DNA from: a virus | Length of the DNA: 51,926 nt | Strand: one strand, 5' to 3' | Virus record (IMG/VR): IMGVR_UViG_3300031949_000054 | Span: 1 to 51,926 of that record | Shown: positions 1 through 8,282 of the stretch, in pieces | Numbering within the stretch: the stretch's first letter is position 1 | Layout: the number at the start of each line of letters is the position of its first letter | The notes under the pieces: generated by a model | Told to the model about the DNA's origin: nothing | Seen by the model: only the letters and a program-made list of their open reading frames with translations | Databases searched by the model: none | Translations under genes and position numbers: made by a program

Positions 1-127
1 TTCTTCAGCCAGTCGTAACCGGTGGATCCAATGGCGGGAAAGTATGGGACGAGTTGGCCAACGGTCCTGATCTTGCGCGGGTCGTCATCCGGGAGATGAA
101 CCCTGGCGAAAAGGTCGGCCACCACCA
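1..127. repeat. Terminal direct repeat, copy 1 (identical to 51800..51926); circular-assembly overlap or terminal redundancy
   Basis: Read directly: bases 1-127 (ttcttcagccagtcgtaacc...aaggtcggccaccacca) recur base for base at 51800-51926. The unique sequence is therefore 51,799 bp. Confidence 0.95.
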
Positions 128-1415
128 TGTCTTTTACCTTCGTCTTATTTCCCAAGCGCTTCTGCGCGTTGTGCTCGAGGAGCGCGAGGATGCCGCGCTG
201 GCCTTGCGCATCGGTGTTCACCCAGGCGCGCTTGGTCGCCGCGGTGGTGAGGAGTTCGTCCAGGCTCATCGGGGCGATCTTGTTTGGGCCCGGGAGCGCG
301 GCCTGCATGAGGGTCTGGTGGGATTGGCGCGCGATGCCGTCCTGGGCGGCGACCATCGTGTTCACGTGGGTCTTCACTTGGGTCACCACGAGGTCGCGGA
401 AGGTCTCGTCACCTGGATATTTCTTTTCGGCGAGCGCGCTTGCCTGGTCGACCCAGCTTCCGAGGTTCCCCTTCACGTCGTACTTCGTGCCGGTTGTTGC
501 GCGCGCGCCGGGCGCGGTGGCGGCGACCGCCGCGTCGATGCCGTCCTGGCCGGCGCTCGCGAGGCCCTCCTGGAGTTCGAGCGCGGCCTGCCCGCTGATC
601 ACCTGGTCGGCGATGCGCTTCGCCTCGAGAGGCAGGGCGAGTTGGCGCACCTGGTGCGTGAGCTGGGAGCGCAGCCTGGGGCTGATCTCCGAGCCGCTCG
701 CGCGGATGCTCGCGTATGCGCCCACCGGGTCGGTGAGGGACTGGGTATCGATCTTCGCCTGCCACACCTGGTCGCGAGCGGTTTGCCGGATGAGCTCGGT
801 TTCCTCTTTCGGCCAGCCGTGCTGCGCGGCCATGGTGGTGATCGCGTTCTCGATGCGCTCGACGGATGTTTGCACCGCGTACGGGTCATCGGAGTTCGCC
901 GCGATGTTTCGGGACTCCGCGGCGATCGTGCCCTCGAGCACTTGCTTGCCGTAGACGAGGGACTCGGCATAGGTGTGCTTCAGGATGTCCTGCTTGAACA
1001 TCGTTTCCGCGGGCGCCGCTCGCGCGGCGAACTTCGCGCGTTGCCGGTCGTTCTGCAGCCCGGCCGCGATCGAGCTCTGGGCGGTGGTGAAGCGCGCGCC
1101 ATAGTCCTTCAGGAGCGGCTGGGTGACGGCGTCCGCGCTGCGCTTGGTCTGGAAGCCGTCCTCGCCCACCGAGAGGTTCACCGCTTCGTTCTTCAGTTTG
1201 TTCAGGGCGTCCTCGGCCCGGAGGGAGTCCCAGTGATCCTGCGCAACGGCGAGCTCGGCGGCGCCCGCCATGAGCGAGCCTCCGGCTGCGATCATGGCGC
1301 GGTCCTCGGCGAATGGAGCGTCCAGGCCGCTCGTGTCGATCCGGGCGACTCCTCCTCCTGGCCTGGGGGCGGGCGTGTCCCCGAGCGCGGTGTAATCAGG
1401 GAGGGGTTTAGCCAT
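1..1415 (-). CDS. 5' part (ATG at 1415) of a wrap-around CDS of about 620 aa that continues at 51799..51352; putative internal virion/ejection protein (T7 gp15-like position)
   Basis: Absent from the ORF track because it runs off the window edge. The minus frame with codon tops at 1415, 1412... starts at ATG (cat 1413-1415), which overlaps the TAA of the upstream gene. I checked every tta/cta/tca in 1-1415 and none is in this frame. The frame joins exactly (125 = 51924) the listed ORF 51352..51924. Translation begins MAKPLPDYTALGDTPAPRPGG. Confidence 0.75.
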   Translation of the reverse strand, partial: MAKPLPDYTALGDTPAPRPGGGVARIDTSGLDAPFAEDRAMIAAGGSLMAGAAELAVAQDHWDSLRAEDALNKLKNEAVNLSVGEDGFQTKRSADAVTQPLLKDYGARFTTAQSSIAAGLQNDRQRAKFAARAAPAETMFKQDILKHTYAESLVYGKQVLEGTIAAESRNIAANSDDPYAVQTSVERIENAITTMAAQHGWPKEETELIRQTARDQVWQAKIDTQSLTDPVGAYASIRASGSEISPRLRSQLTHQVRQLALPLEAKRIADQVISGQAALELQEGLASAGQDGIDAAVAATAPGARATTGTKYDVKGNLGSWVDQASALAEKKYPGDETFRDLVVTQVKTHVNTMVAAQDGIARQSHQTLMQAALPGPNKIAPMSLDELLTTAATKRAWVNTDAQGQRGILALLEHNAQKRLGNKTKVKDMVVADLFARVHLPDDDPRKIRTVGQLVPYFPAIGSTGYDWLK

Positions 1416-1977
1416 AGGTGGGGCTGCCCCCGCCGATCGAGAGTTGGTTCGGTGGCGTTGCGGAGGCGGTAGTTGCCGGGCTCCCGTAGCCGTAGCGGGC
1501 GTAGAGGCTCGAGGCACCGCTTAGGACTTGCGCTGCGCTTTGCATCTCGATCGCCCTGCCTTGGGAGAGTGCGGCGGAGGCGCCTATTTCTCCGGTGATC
1601 CGGTTGGTCTGGGCCGCCAGGCGCAGGGCGCGCGCGCGCTCCTCGCCCTGGTAAACCGCGAGGCTTTGCCGGTAGGCGCCCTCGCTTGCGATCCCCGCGA
1701 TGATGCGTACGACCGTCGGGTCGCTCGCCCCGCCGCTCGCGGCGGCTAAGGTGAGCGCCCGGGACTGCACGAGCGCGGAGGTCCGCGCCTCGCCGAACTG
1801 GGCGCGTTGCCCGCTCGCCGCAGCGTCATTTGCTTGCTGCTCGAGCTGGCGGGCTTCGAACTCTGCCGCCTTGCGCTTTTTATTGGCGATGTCTTTTGCG
1901 TCCCGGCTCGCCGATGCTCCGCCGAGCGCCTGCAGCGCAAGACCGATGACGCCTATGATCGCGCCGGCTGCCGCCAC
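1408..1977 (-). CDS. Hypothetical virion-module protein with a hydrophobic N-terminus (T7 gp13/gp14-like position)
   Basis: 189-aa ORF with N-terminus MAAAGAIIGVIGLALQALGG and an Ala/Gln-rich helical body. It sits between the tail tubular genes and the large internal proteins. Confidence 0.6.
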   Translation of the reverse strand: MAAAGAIIGVIGLALQALGGASASRDAKDIANKKRKAAEFEARQLEQQANDAAASGQRAQFGEARTSALVQSRALTLAAASGGASDPTVVRIIAGIASEGAYRQSLAVYQGEERARALRLAAQTNRITGEIGASAALSQGRAIEMQSAAQVLSGASSLYARYGYGSPATTASATPPNQLSIGGGSPTYG

Positions 1978-2327
1978 GTGGGCCTCCAGTAGATGCCCTG
2001 CTCGACGTGTTCAAACCCCAGCGCCTCGAGCATCCTCGCCGATCCTGGGATCTCGGAGTCGCACAGGGCGACCACCGGGGCGCGGACCTGGGAGGCCGCT
2101 GCCAGCGCCATCTTGGCGGCGCGCACGATGACCTTCTTCCATCTCCGCAGCTCGGGATCAGCCTTAGCGTAGAGGATGAGGCGGCTTCTGTCGTGGTAGT
2201 ACCCGCAGACTCCCAGCGCTCTGCCCTCGAGCACGGCGGCGTAGGCGCGGCCGGCGCCGGCAGGGTGCTGGTCGAGCGCCTCGAGCATCACTTGGGTTGC
2301 GGGCACGATTTGCGGCGCGCAGGTCAT
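1953..2327 (-). CDS. Small GNAT-fold-like protein (weak call) inside the virion module
   Basis: 124-aa ORF. The C-terminal ..IPGSARMLEALGFEHVEQGIYW resembles the last strand-helix of GNAT acetyltransferases. No clear acetyl-CoA motif A is visible. Confidence 0.45.
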   Translation of the reverse strand: MTCAPQIVPATQVMLEALDQHPAGAGRAYAAVLEGRALGVCGYYHDRSRLILYAKADPELRRWKKVIVRAAKMALAAASQVRAPVVALCDSEIPGSARMLEALGFEHVEQGIYWRPTWRQPARS

Positions 2328-5068
2328 TGCTTCTCGTTCGTCTCGACGGTGGCGGTCAACGCGAGGAGTGTACAGGGGCGCGGGGCCATCGCGCGCAGGC
2401 AGATGCGCGAGTCGGTGTCCCAGTTGCCCGGGAATTCGAAGGATGCCTTGTCGTATTCCGACCAGATGCTGTCGGGGTCCACCAGGGCGCCGCTTTCCAT
2501 TTCGGGGAGCGGGTCGAGGGTGTCGAAGTCCGGTCCGTACTTCAGGCCGCGGGCGTGGGTATCTTTCAGGATCACGCCGAGGTGTCCGACCTTCTTTTTC
2601 TGGTTGAGCGCAGTCCCGAGCTGCGCAGCGTAGGCGAGTTTCGCGCTTTTCCAGTCGCCGTTGTAGGGGAGGCCCACTACGATCTTGCTCGCCGCGGCGG
2701 AGAGCGCCGGGGCGAGTATGCCAGCTGTTACCGTGTGGATCAGCGCGTCGTTCTCGTCATGGCCGACGTCGACGCCATCGGCCCAGACCACCACCTGCTT
2801 GCCCTCCAGGTGCGCGGCCGCGAGGTTGGTTGCCGGGGCGCCGTCGTGCACGACGAAGGCGTCGGCTTGTTTGTTGAGCAGGCCACCGCGCGCTTCGGAC
2901 TCGAGCGCCCAGCGCTCGAGGAAGCGCACGGTGGCCGCGTTGATCGTGCGCTTGACCGAGTAGTAGACCTGGTCCTCGCGCGACCCTGGAAGGATGACGA
3001 TATCCTCGACGTCGCCGTCGGTCTCAACCTCCAACCAGCAGGTTACTTCCTCGACTCGGTCGAAGATGAGCACCCCGACCACGCCGTCGGCGCGTATGCA
3101 GTGGATCCGGGTATCGGGTTTCCTCTGGATGGCGATTCTCACGATGCTCTTGTCGAGCGTCGGGTCGTTCGGATCGTCGAAAATGTCGGGCATGATGGCC
3201 GAGAGGTCCTTCGCCGAGAAGTCCCCATCCTGGGAGGACATCGCGAGCTCGTAGAGGCGAGTTCCGCCCTGGCGCACGAAAATTCCGGCCGAGTCGAGCT
3301 TCAGCGCCTGCACGGCGGCGGAGCCTTGGGTGCTCGAGGAGCGGATCTGGTTGTTCGTCGGGGTGAGCGGTTCATCGAGGGACGAGCTCACCGTCTGCAT
3401 CTCCGAGAGTTCCCCGCCCATGAAGAGGCGCCGAAGCGAGAGGGCCCAGTTGATGTTATCCACGGGCCCTGATCCGATCGAGCGCGTGATGGGCGCGGAG
3501 TCGCCCTCGACCTGGTCGTCGAAACTGTAGAAGCCATCGGAGACCGATCCCCACTCGAAACTCTTTCCAAACCACCACAGGCGCCCGTCGTCGAATACCA
3601 CGCTCGTGGGATAGCCGCGGATATCCGACCACGAACCTTCGGACCAGAATTCGCTTGCCGTCGTGGCACCCATGTCGGTGAGGACGTCGGCGGTGACGAG
3701 GACATTGGTCGTGAATACCCGGACCCTGGCGATGCCGGTGATGCTGCCAGTCCCGATCGAGAGTTGCATGTCGGTCTGTCCGGCGCCGCCCAGCACCGAA
3801 ATCCGCAACCGGTAGTACACGATCTGGTTGTCCAGGCCGTCGGTGAAGGGGGCCGTCACGGCCGCGATCCAGGTCCCTGTTGGGACAGCGGTCCAGGATG
3901 CTTGGTCGAAGGAGCGCTCGAGGATGATCGTGCGCACGCCATCGAAAAATCCGGAGATGACGATCATAAGCGCCCGGTCGGTGCCAACCCCAGTCACTCT
4001 GATCGGGGCGGTCGCGTCGTTTAACGCGACGCCGGCCTTGGTCACAGTCTGCCCGACCGATGTAACCCGGAAGAGTGCTCCGACGTGCGTCGATTTGAAA
4101 ATCGGGACGGACGCAGTCAGGGTAATCGATCCGGTGAGGGCCGATGGGGTGATCGTGATAGGCAGCACGTTCTCCACCCTGAACGGGCCGTCCTCGGGGG
4201 CATAGAGCACCACCGACCACGAGCGTGCGGCGCGGCGTTCGATCGCCCGCTGCTGGTAGCCGACCGTGACCGTGGTGCTTGCGCTGGCGACGTAAGTGAT
4301 GTCGCCGCTCGTGTCGTACCGGATCGAGCGCAGATCCGCCTCGAGCCATGGGGTGGGGATCTCGACGACGCCGGCGGCCTCAACGTTGCATGAGCCCACG
4401 TAGGCTGGGGGAATGCGTCGGGTGAGAAAGTCGATCCAGATCGACGCACCGGTCGGGGTGAGGGCGAGTGAATGGGTGCCGGTGTCCAGGACCGTTTGGC
4501 TGATGTAGTCGTCCAGGCCAGAGGCCGATCCAACCCGCAGAGTTACTGGGCCCTGCTCGATCACGATGCGCAGGGCATGTTCCACGTTTTGATCTGGGGC
4601 AGCCACGGCTACCTGCTGGCGCCTGATCGCGGCATTGGTGCCGGTGCCGGCGAGGGAGAGCGAGCCACCGAAGCTCGCCGACCAGATCGAGGTGGCCCCG
4701 GCTTCGTCGGCATCGGTCCAACTCGCGACGTCGGCGGCGAAGTTGCCGTTGGCAACTGCGCTCGCGACGGCGACCCTGGTAAGGAGCGCGTCGCTGATCC
4801 AGACACGGAGGGCTTGGTCGGTGAGTTCGAGCACCGCCTTTTGCTGCAGGTTGAAGACGAACGGGATGTGGAACGCCCGCAGGTTGCTGCGGCTGTTGCC
4901 GAGGTAGCCCATGCCCGGTCGCAACATCATGCTGCCCAGCACGCGCGCCATCCAGTTGCGGTAGACCTGGGCTGAGAGCGCGGTGCGCTTGAGGTCGACG
5001 CGCGCGAGCGCGAGCGCCGAGACGAGGCCGCGGTTGAAGGCGATAAGCGGGACGTTCTCCGCTGCCAT
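2324..5068 (-). CDS. Tail tubular protein B-like (T7 gp12-like) nozzle protein
   Basis: 914-aa ORF directly downstream of the gp11-like gene. The N-terminus (..IAFNRGLVSALALARVDLKR..MLRPGMGYLG) matches my recollection of podoviral tubular B proteins. Supported by synteny. Confidence 0.65.
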   Translation of the reverse strand: MAAENVPLIAFNRGLVSALALARVDLKRTALSAQVYRNWMARVLGSMMLRPGMGYLGNSRSNLRAFHIPFVFNLQQKAVLELTDQALRVWISDALLTRVAVASAVANGNFAADVASWTDADEAGATSIWSASFGGSLSLAGTGTNAAIRRQQVAVAAPDQNVEHALRIVIEQGPVTLRVGSASGLDDYISQTVLDTGTHSLALTPTGASIWIDFLTRRIPPAYVGSCNVEAAGVVEIPTPWLEADLRSIRYDTSGDITYVASASTTVTVGYQQRAIERRAARSWSVVLYAPEDGPFRVENVLPITITPSALTGSITLTASVPIFKSTHVGALFRVTSVGQTVTKAGVALNDATAPIRVTGVGTDRALMIVISGFFDGVRTIILERSFDQASWTAVPTGTWIAAVTAPFTDGLDNQIVYYRLRISVLGGAGQTDMQLSIGTGSITGIARVRVFTTNVLVTADVLTDMGATTASEFWSEGSWSDIRGYPTSVVFDDGRLWWFGKSFEWGSVSDGFYSFDDQVEGDSAPITRSIGSGPVDNINWALSLRRLFMGGELSEMQTVSSSLDEPLTPTNNQIRSSSTQGSAAVQALKLDSAGIFVRQGGTRLYELAMSSQDGDFSAKDLSAIMPDIFDDPNDPTLDKSIVRIAIQRKPDTRIHCIRADGVVGVLIFDRVEEVTCWLEVETDGDVEDIVILPGSREDQVYYSVKRTINAATVRFLERWALESEARGGLLNKQADAFVVHDGAPATNLAAAHLEGKQVVVWADGVDVGHDENDALIHTVTAGILAPALSAAASKIVVGLPYNGDWKSAKLAYAAQLGTALNQKKKVGHLGVILKDTHARGLKYGPDFDTLDPLPEMESGALVDPDSIWSEYDKASFEFPGNWDTDSRICLRAMAPRPCTLLALTATVETNEKQ

Positions 5069-5071
5069 CGC

Positions 5072-5722
5072 CTATCCGATCAGGCTGCCGCGGTTGCCTC
5101 TGTCGGGCCAGCCCCCGGTGCGCGAGCCGCGGCGCGATGCGGTCCACGCGCCCTCGGCCGGGAAGGTGGTGGGGTCGGCCATGGCGCCTTTGCTCTTGGC
5201 GTTCCTGAGCGCCTGGGAGCGGTAGGCCTCGGCGAGGGCGACCTTCTTCTTGTCCTGGGTGATGGGCAGGGCGACTTTGAAGGCAAACTCGCCCTTGACG
5301 TACTCCGTGAAAGTGCCAGGCCACAGGGACAGGTCCCCGCCGTACTGGGCGCCGTTCGAGACGAGACGCACGTAGATCGTGTCGAGGTTCGCGTACCAGA
5401 ATCCCGCCTCGTCGCGGTATTCGAGGAGCGGGGTGTTGAACATCTCGTCCTGGCACACCCCGCAGGTGCGGATGTGGTCCTCGGGTTTTTCGAAGACGCG
5501 CTTATAGCCCCAGTCCGGGGTGATGCTCGGGTCGTAGGTGAAGCGCCCGGCGCGCATCGCGAAGTACCACTGCCCGGCCTCGAGGCAGTCGTCGACGCCG
5601 CCGTCGTCCCAGATGAGATCGAGCGCGCGTCGGCTCTCGCGGTTCTCGGTGAGGGAGCCCAGGGCCCGCTCCCCGATGATCGCGAGGGCGCCGTTGTAGA
5701 TCCTGAGTTTGCTGGTCGTCAC
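5072..5722 (-). CDS. Tail tubular protein A-like (T7 gp11-like) adaptor
   Basis: 216-aa ORF (MTTSKLRIYNGALAIIGERALGSL..). Its size and its position between the capsid block and the 914-aa protein fit the call. Confidence 0.6.
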   Translation of the reverse strand: MTTSKLRIYNGALAIIGERALGSLTENRESRRALDLIWDDGGVDDCLEAGQWYFAMRAGRFTYDPSITPDWGYKRVFEKPEDHIRTCGVCQDEMFNTPLLEYRDEAGFWYANLDTIYVRLVSNGAQYGGDLSLWPGTFTEYVKGEFAFKVALPITQDKKKVALAEAYRSQALRNAKSKGAMADPTTFPAEGAWTASRRGSRTGGWPDRGNRGSLIG

Positions 5723-5726
5723 GGCC

Positions 5727-6296
5727 TTACGCCGGCACGACCTTCTGGTGCTCCCTTAGCCAGGTTTGCGCGTCGGCGAGGGTCTGGTCGTCCTTGTGCA
5801 TCACCTGCCGATCGGACTTCCGGATCACGTGCCAGCGCATGTTGGGGTTGTGCTTGATCTCGTAGCCCGAGGTGGCAAGCGCCTCGGTCATGGAGACGTC
5901 CTGGGTGGTGAGATCATCCCAGCGCAGCACGTGCATGCGCGCCCAGGTGCGATCGCAGGCGAGCACCAGGAGTTCGCCGAAGTACGTGCCGTCTTCGGCG
6001 CGGACTTCGATTCTGTTCCATGGGGCGAGTTTCGGCGCGACGTGGGCCCAGTAGGCGGGCTGGAGCATGTGCTCGAGCGTGTGGCCGGCGGGCGGGTTGG
6101 CGGTGTGCACGATGCGCTCGAATTCGGCGCCGCGCAGGCGATCGGCCGATAGAACGGGCGGGTCGGGCTTGCGGGCAGCGGCAGTCGCCGTGGTGGCTGC
6201 GGCAGCTTCTTCGGCCCGAACGACGTTTTGGCGTGCGACTTGGACGCGCACGTCGACCGGGCGTTCTTGGGTGGGGGTGGGGGGTTTGGCGGCCAT
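5727..6296 (-). CDS. Hypothetical protein
   Basis: 189-aa ORF preceded by AAGGAG about 8 nt upstream of the ATG. No motif recognised. Confidence 0.6.
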   Translation of the reverse strand: MAAKPPTPTQERPVDVRVQVARQNVVRAEEAAAATTATAAARKPDPPVLSADRLRGAEFERIVHTANPPAGHTLEHMLQPAYWAHVAPKLAPWNRIEVRAEDGTYFGELLVLACDRTWARMHVLRWDDLTTQDVSMTEALATSGYEIKHNPNMRWHVIRKSDRQVMHKDDQTLADAQTWLREHQKVVPA

Positions 6297-6338
6297 CGGG
6301 TGTTCTCCTTGAGGGTCTTTCTCTCAAACGTGCAAAGG

Positions 6339-6360
6339 CCCGAGGCCTTTCGGCCTCGGG
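6339..6360 (-). terminator. Putative intrinsic terminator/attenuator after the capsid block
   Basis: Perfect 9-bp stem CCCGAGGCC/GGCCTCGGG with a 4-nt loop. On the minus strand it is followed by CCTTTGCACGTTTG. It lies 29 nt after the stop of 6389..6775. Confidence 0.5.
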
Positions 6361-6388
6361 ACCGGGTGCTGCGGTCCTGCGCTCCGGC

Positions 6389-6775
6389 TTACGACGTGCC
6401 GGAGATAAACGTCGCCGTCGAGAAGGACGCGCCGTCTGAGCTCACGACCGACACCACGTTGAAGCGTAGCATCTGGCTTGAGCTCACGGTCGAGCCCTGC
6501 TGCACGAAGATGACGAGATCACCGGGCCGCATGCCGAGGGCTTTGGCATCGGTGAAGTAGTTTGCGGCGAGCACCGCGGAGGTCATGTCCGTGGTGTGGT
6601 ACATCCAGCCTTGCTGGCCGAAGCCTCGCCCTCCAGGGGTGGTGCCGCCTGCCCCGGAAATGTAGAGGGTGGTGCCGCCGGTGATGCGTGCGTCGGCGCC
6701 GGCGCCCATGCCGCCCCATATCCTGACCGGGGGGTTGGAGACGCTCGACGCTTGGGTGGTGCCGAGATAAGCCAT
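6389..6775 (-). CDS. Hypothetical Gly/Ser/Thr-rich small virion-module protein (possible decoration protein)
   Basis: 128-aa ORF immediately downstream of the capsid gene, with a GGAGAG ribosome-binding site. Few charged residues. Confidence 0.6.
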   Translation of the reverse strand: MAYLGTTQASSVSNPPVRIWGGMGAGADARITGGTTLYISGAGGTTPGGRGFGQQGWMYHTTDMTSAVLAANYFTDAKALGMRPGDLVIFVQQGSTVSSSQMLRFNVVSVVSSDGASFSTATFISGTS

Positions 6776-6839
6776 GGCTTTCTCTCCTGTCTTGGGGTCC
6801 GGATGGGGGCGGTGCTTTGCCCCCTAGCAGACCATCGGG

Positions 6840-7784
6840 TTAGGCGTAGGCCGATCCGTCGTGGGTGAAGACGACGTCGCCTGCGTTCTGCAGGAGCTTG
6901 GCCGCCATGAAGATCGAGCACCGAGCGTAGCTGTAGTTCTGCTCGTCGTTGTACCCGAGTGCCGTGTCCACTTCGCCGGTGTTCGCCGCGTGCCCGATCG
7001 CCGACTTGTGAAACAGGAACGATTTCTCGCTCGTGGTCCCTTTGCCTGGCAGGTTCGGGTGCATGACGATGAGGGTGTTCCTCCAGCGGTACGCCATGGG
7101 CGCGTCACGCCAGTCCGGGGTGTTGCCGGCGAAGGGCCGGATGTCCACGTACTGGGCGTTGGCGAACTCGGGCGCTTGCTCGAGGTAGGCGAGGAACGAG
7201 GGTTGCGTCAGGAACGTGATATTCGAGTCCCAGGGGACGGATGCGTTTTGCAGCTTCACCGCACCGTTCTGGAACATGCTCACGTTGGGGACCTGGCCCG
7301 CGCCGCCGACGGTCACCGTTCCGGTGTTCAGTTCCTGGATGACGGAGTCGTCGATCTTGCGGTTGATCACGCCCATTGAGGTGACCTGCATGATCCGGCG
7401 CTGGTCGCCCTGGGAGGCGAAGATGTTGAAGCCGGTCTTCCTCACGAGGTCGTGCCATTCCTGCAGCACCGCTGAGTTCTGCGTGAGGTTATCCGCGCGC
7501 GCCGGGATCAAGCCGTTCACGCCTCGGGTGACCGCGGTGGCCCCGCCTGAATCGGCGACGAGGAAGACGGCGGTATTGCCCTTGATGACCGCTTCGGTGG
7601 TCACGCAGGGTCGCAGGAGCGTTGCTCCGGCTTCGAACCCCTTGATGAACTCCTGTCGGTACTGGGTCTGGTAGGCGGTGTCGAGCTGGAAGGTGAAGTT
7701 CCTGACGAACCATGCGTCGATCTCGTCGAGGATCAGCACCCAGAGCAGGGCCGCGTACAGCTTGATGCGAGAGAACTTGGCCAC
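6840..7784 (-). CDS. Major capsid protein
   Basis: 314-aa ORF with a GTG start 5 nt after AAGGAGG. It follows the scaffold gene in portal-scaffold-capsid order, and its composition is typical of HK97-fold coat proteins. Confidence 0.75.
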   Translation of the reverse strand: MAKFSRIKLYAALLWVLILDEIDAWFVRNFTFQLDTAYQTQYRQEFIKGFEAGATLLRPCVTTEAVIKGNTAVFLVADSGGATAVTRGVNGLIPARADNLTQNSAVLQEWHDLVRKTGFNIFASQGDQRRIMQVTSMGVINRKIDDSVIQELNTGTVTVGGAGQVPNVSMFQNGAVKLQNASVPWDSNITFLTQPSFLAYLEQAPEFANAQYVDIRPFAGNTPDWRDAPMAYRWRNTLIVMHPNLPGKGTTSEKSFLFHKSAIGHAANTGEVDTALGYNDEQNYSYARCSIFMAAKLLQNAGDVVFTHDGSAYA

Positions 7785-8072
7785 GATGGCCTCCTTTCAC
7801 AAGCGGTTGTACGAACCGTCGCTCGGGGTGTCCATCGTGGCGATCGCAGGGGTGTCCCGGTTGCCCGGGAGCCGGCGCGCGACCCTATGGGGCCTCGCTA
7901 CCTGGTAGCTTACTTGGTCGGTTCGCGCTTTCTGTCGCGGGTCCCGGACCTTGGGGTGGCATCCTACGCGCCTCGTTCGGCGCGCACAAGAGGGCGGTGT
8001 GCAGATGGATCAAAGGGGGGAGGATCCCTAGCTGCTCCTCGCGGATGGCGGCCATCTGCAGCACCGCCTTTT

Positions 8073-8282
8073 CTATCTCTTTCGCGAAAGCCCGTACCTC
8101 GCGGCCTTGCGCTTGCCGAGCATCACCAGTTCGCGCGAGGCGATAAGTCCACGGAATACTCGCTGGAACTCGGCGCGCTGCTTATCGTCGCGGCACAGTC
8201 CTCGCAACGAGGCCTTGGTGGCCGGTCCGCAACCATCTGGGAGTTGACGGACCGCCGCTAGGATCCGGGCTCGGAGTCCCAT
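8073..8282 (-). CDS. Small basic protein, possibly winged-helix DNA-binding
   Basis: 69-aa ORF (MGLRARILAAVRQLPDG..ELVMLGKRKAARYGLSRKR). Its ATG directly abuts the scaffold TAG. Confidence 0.45.
   Translation of the reverse strand: MGLRARILAAVRQLPDGCGPATKASLRGLCRDDKQRAEFQRVFRGLIASRELVMLGKRKAARYGLSRKR

Noticed and set aside
1-127. Terminal repeat as a biological long terminal repeat or att site
   Set aside because: It lies inside a coding sequence, and it is exactly the kind of fixed-length overlap that assemblers leave on circular contigs. I treat it as a circularisation signature unless read data show otherwise.
54-1472. 472-aa plus-strand ORF, along with neighbouring plus and minus ORFs in 127..970
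   Set aside because: It is Arg/Gly/Val/His-rich with no motifs. It lies antisense to a clean minus-strand ORF (the wrap-around virion gene) that fits the operon structure. This is a typical high-GC antisense artefact.
2297-5456. Multiple overlapping ORFs in both strands within the 914-aa tail tubular B gene (e.g. 2297..3472, 3456..4349, 4380..5456)
   Set aside because: These are alternative frames with extreme Arg/Pro/Gly/His content. The 2324..5068 frame has balanced composition and fits the synteny.
7785-8072. tRNA or other small RNA genes in the larger intergenic regions (also 19547-19760, 29559-29678, 37313-37512)
   Set aside because: I could not fold a cloverleaf with a conserved T-loop (GTTCRANYC) or D-loop features in any of them. 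No rRNA-like sequence is present either.
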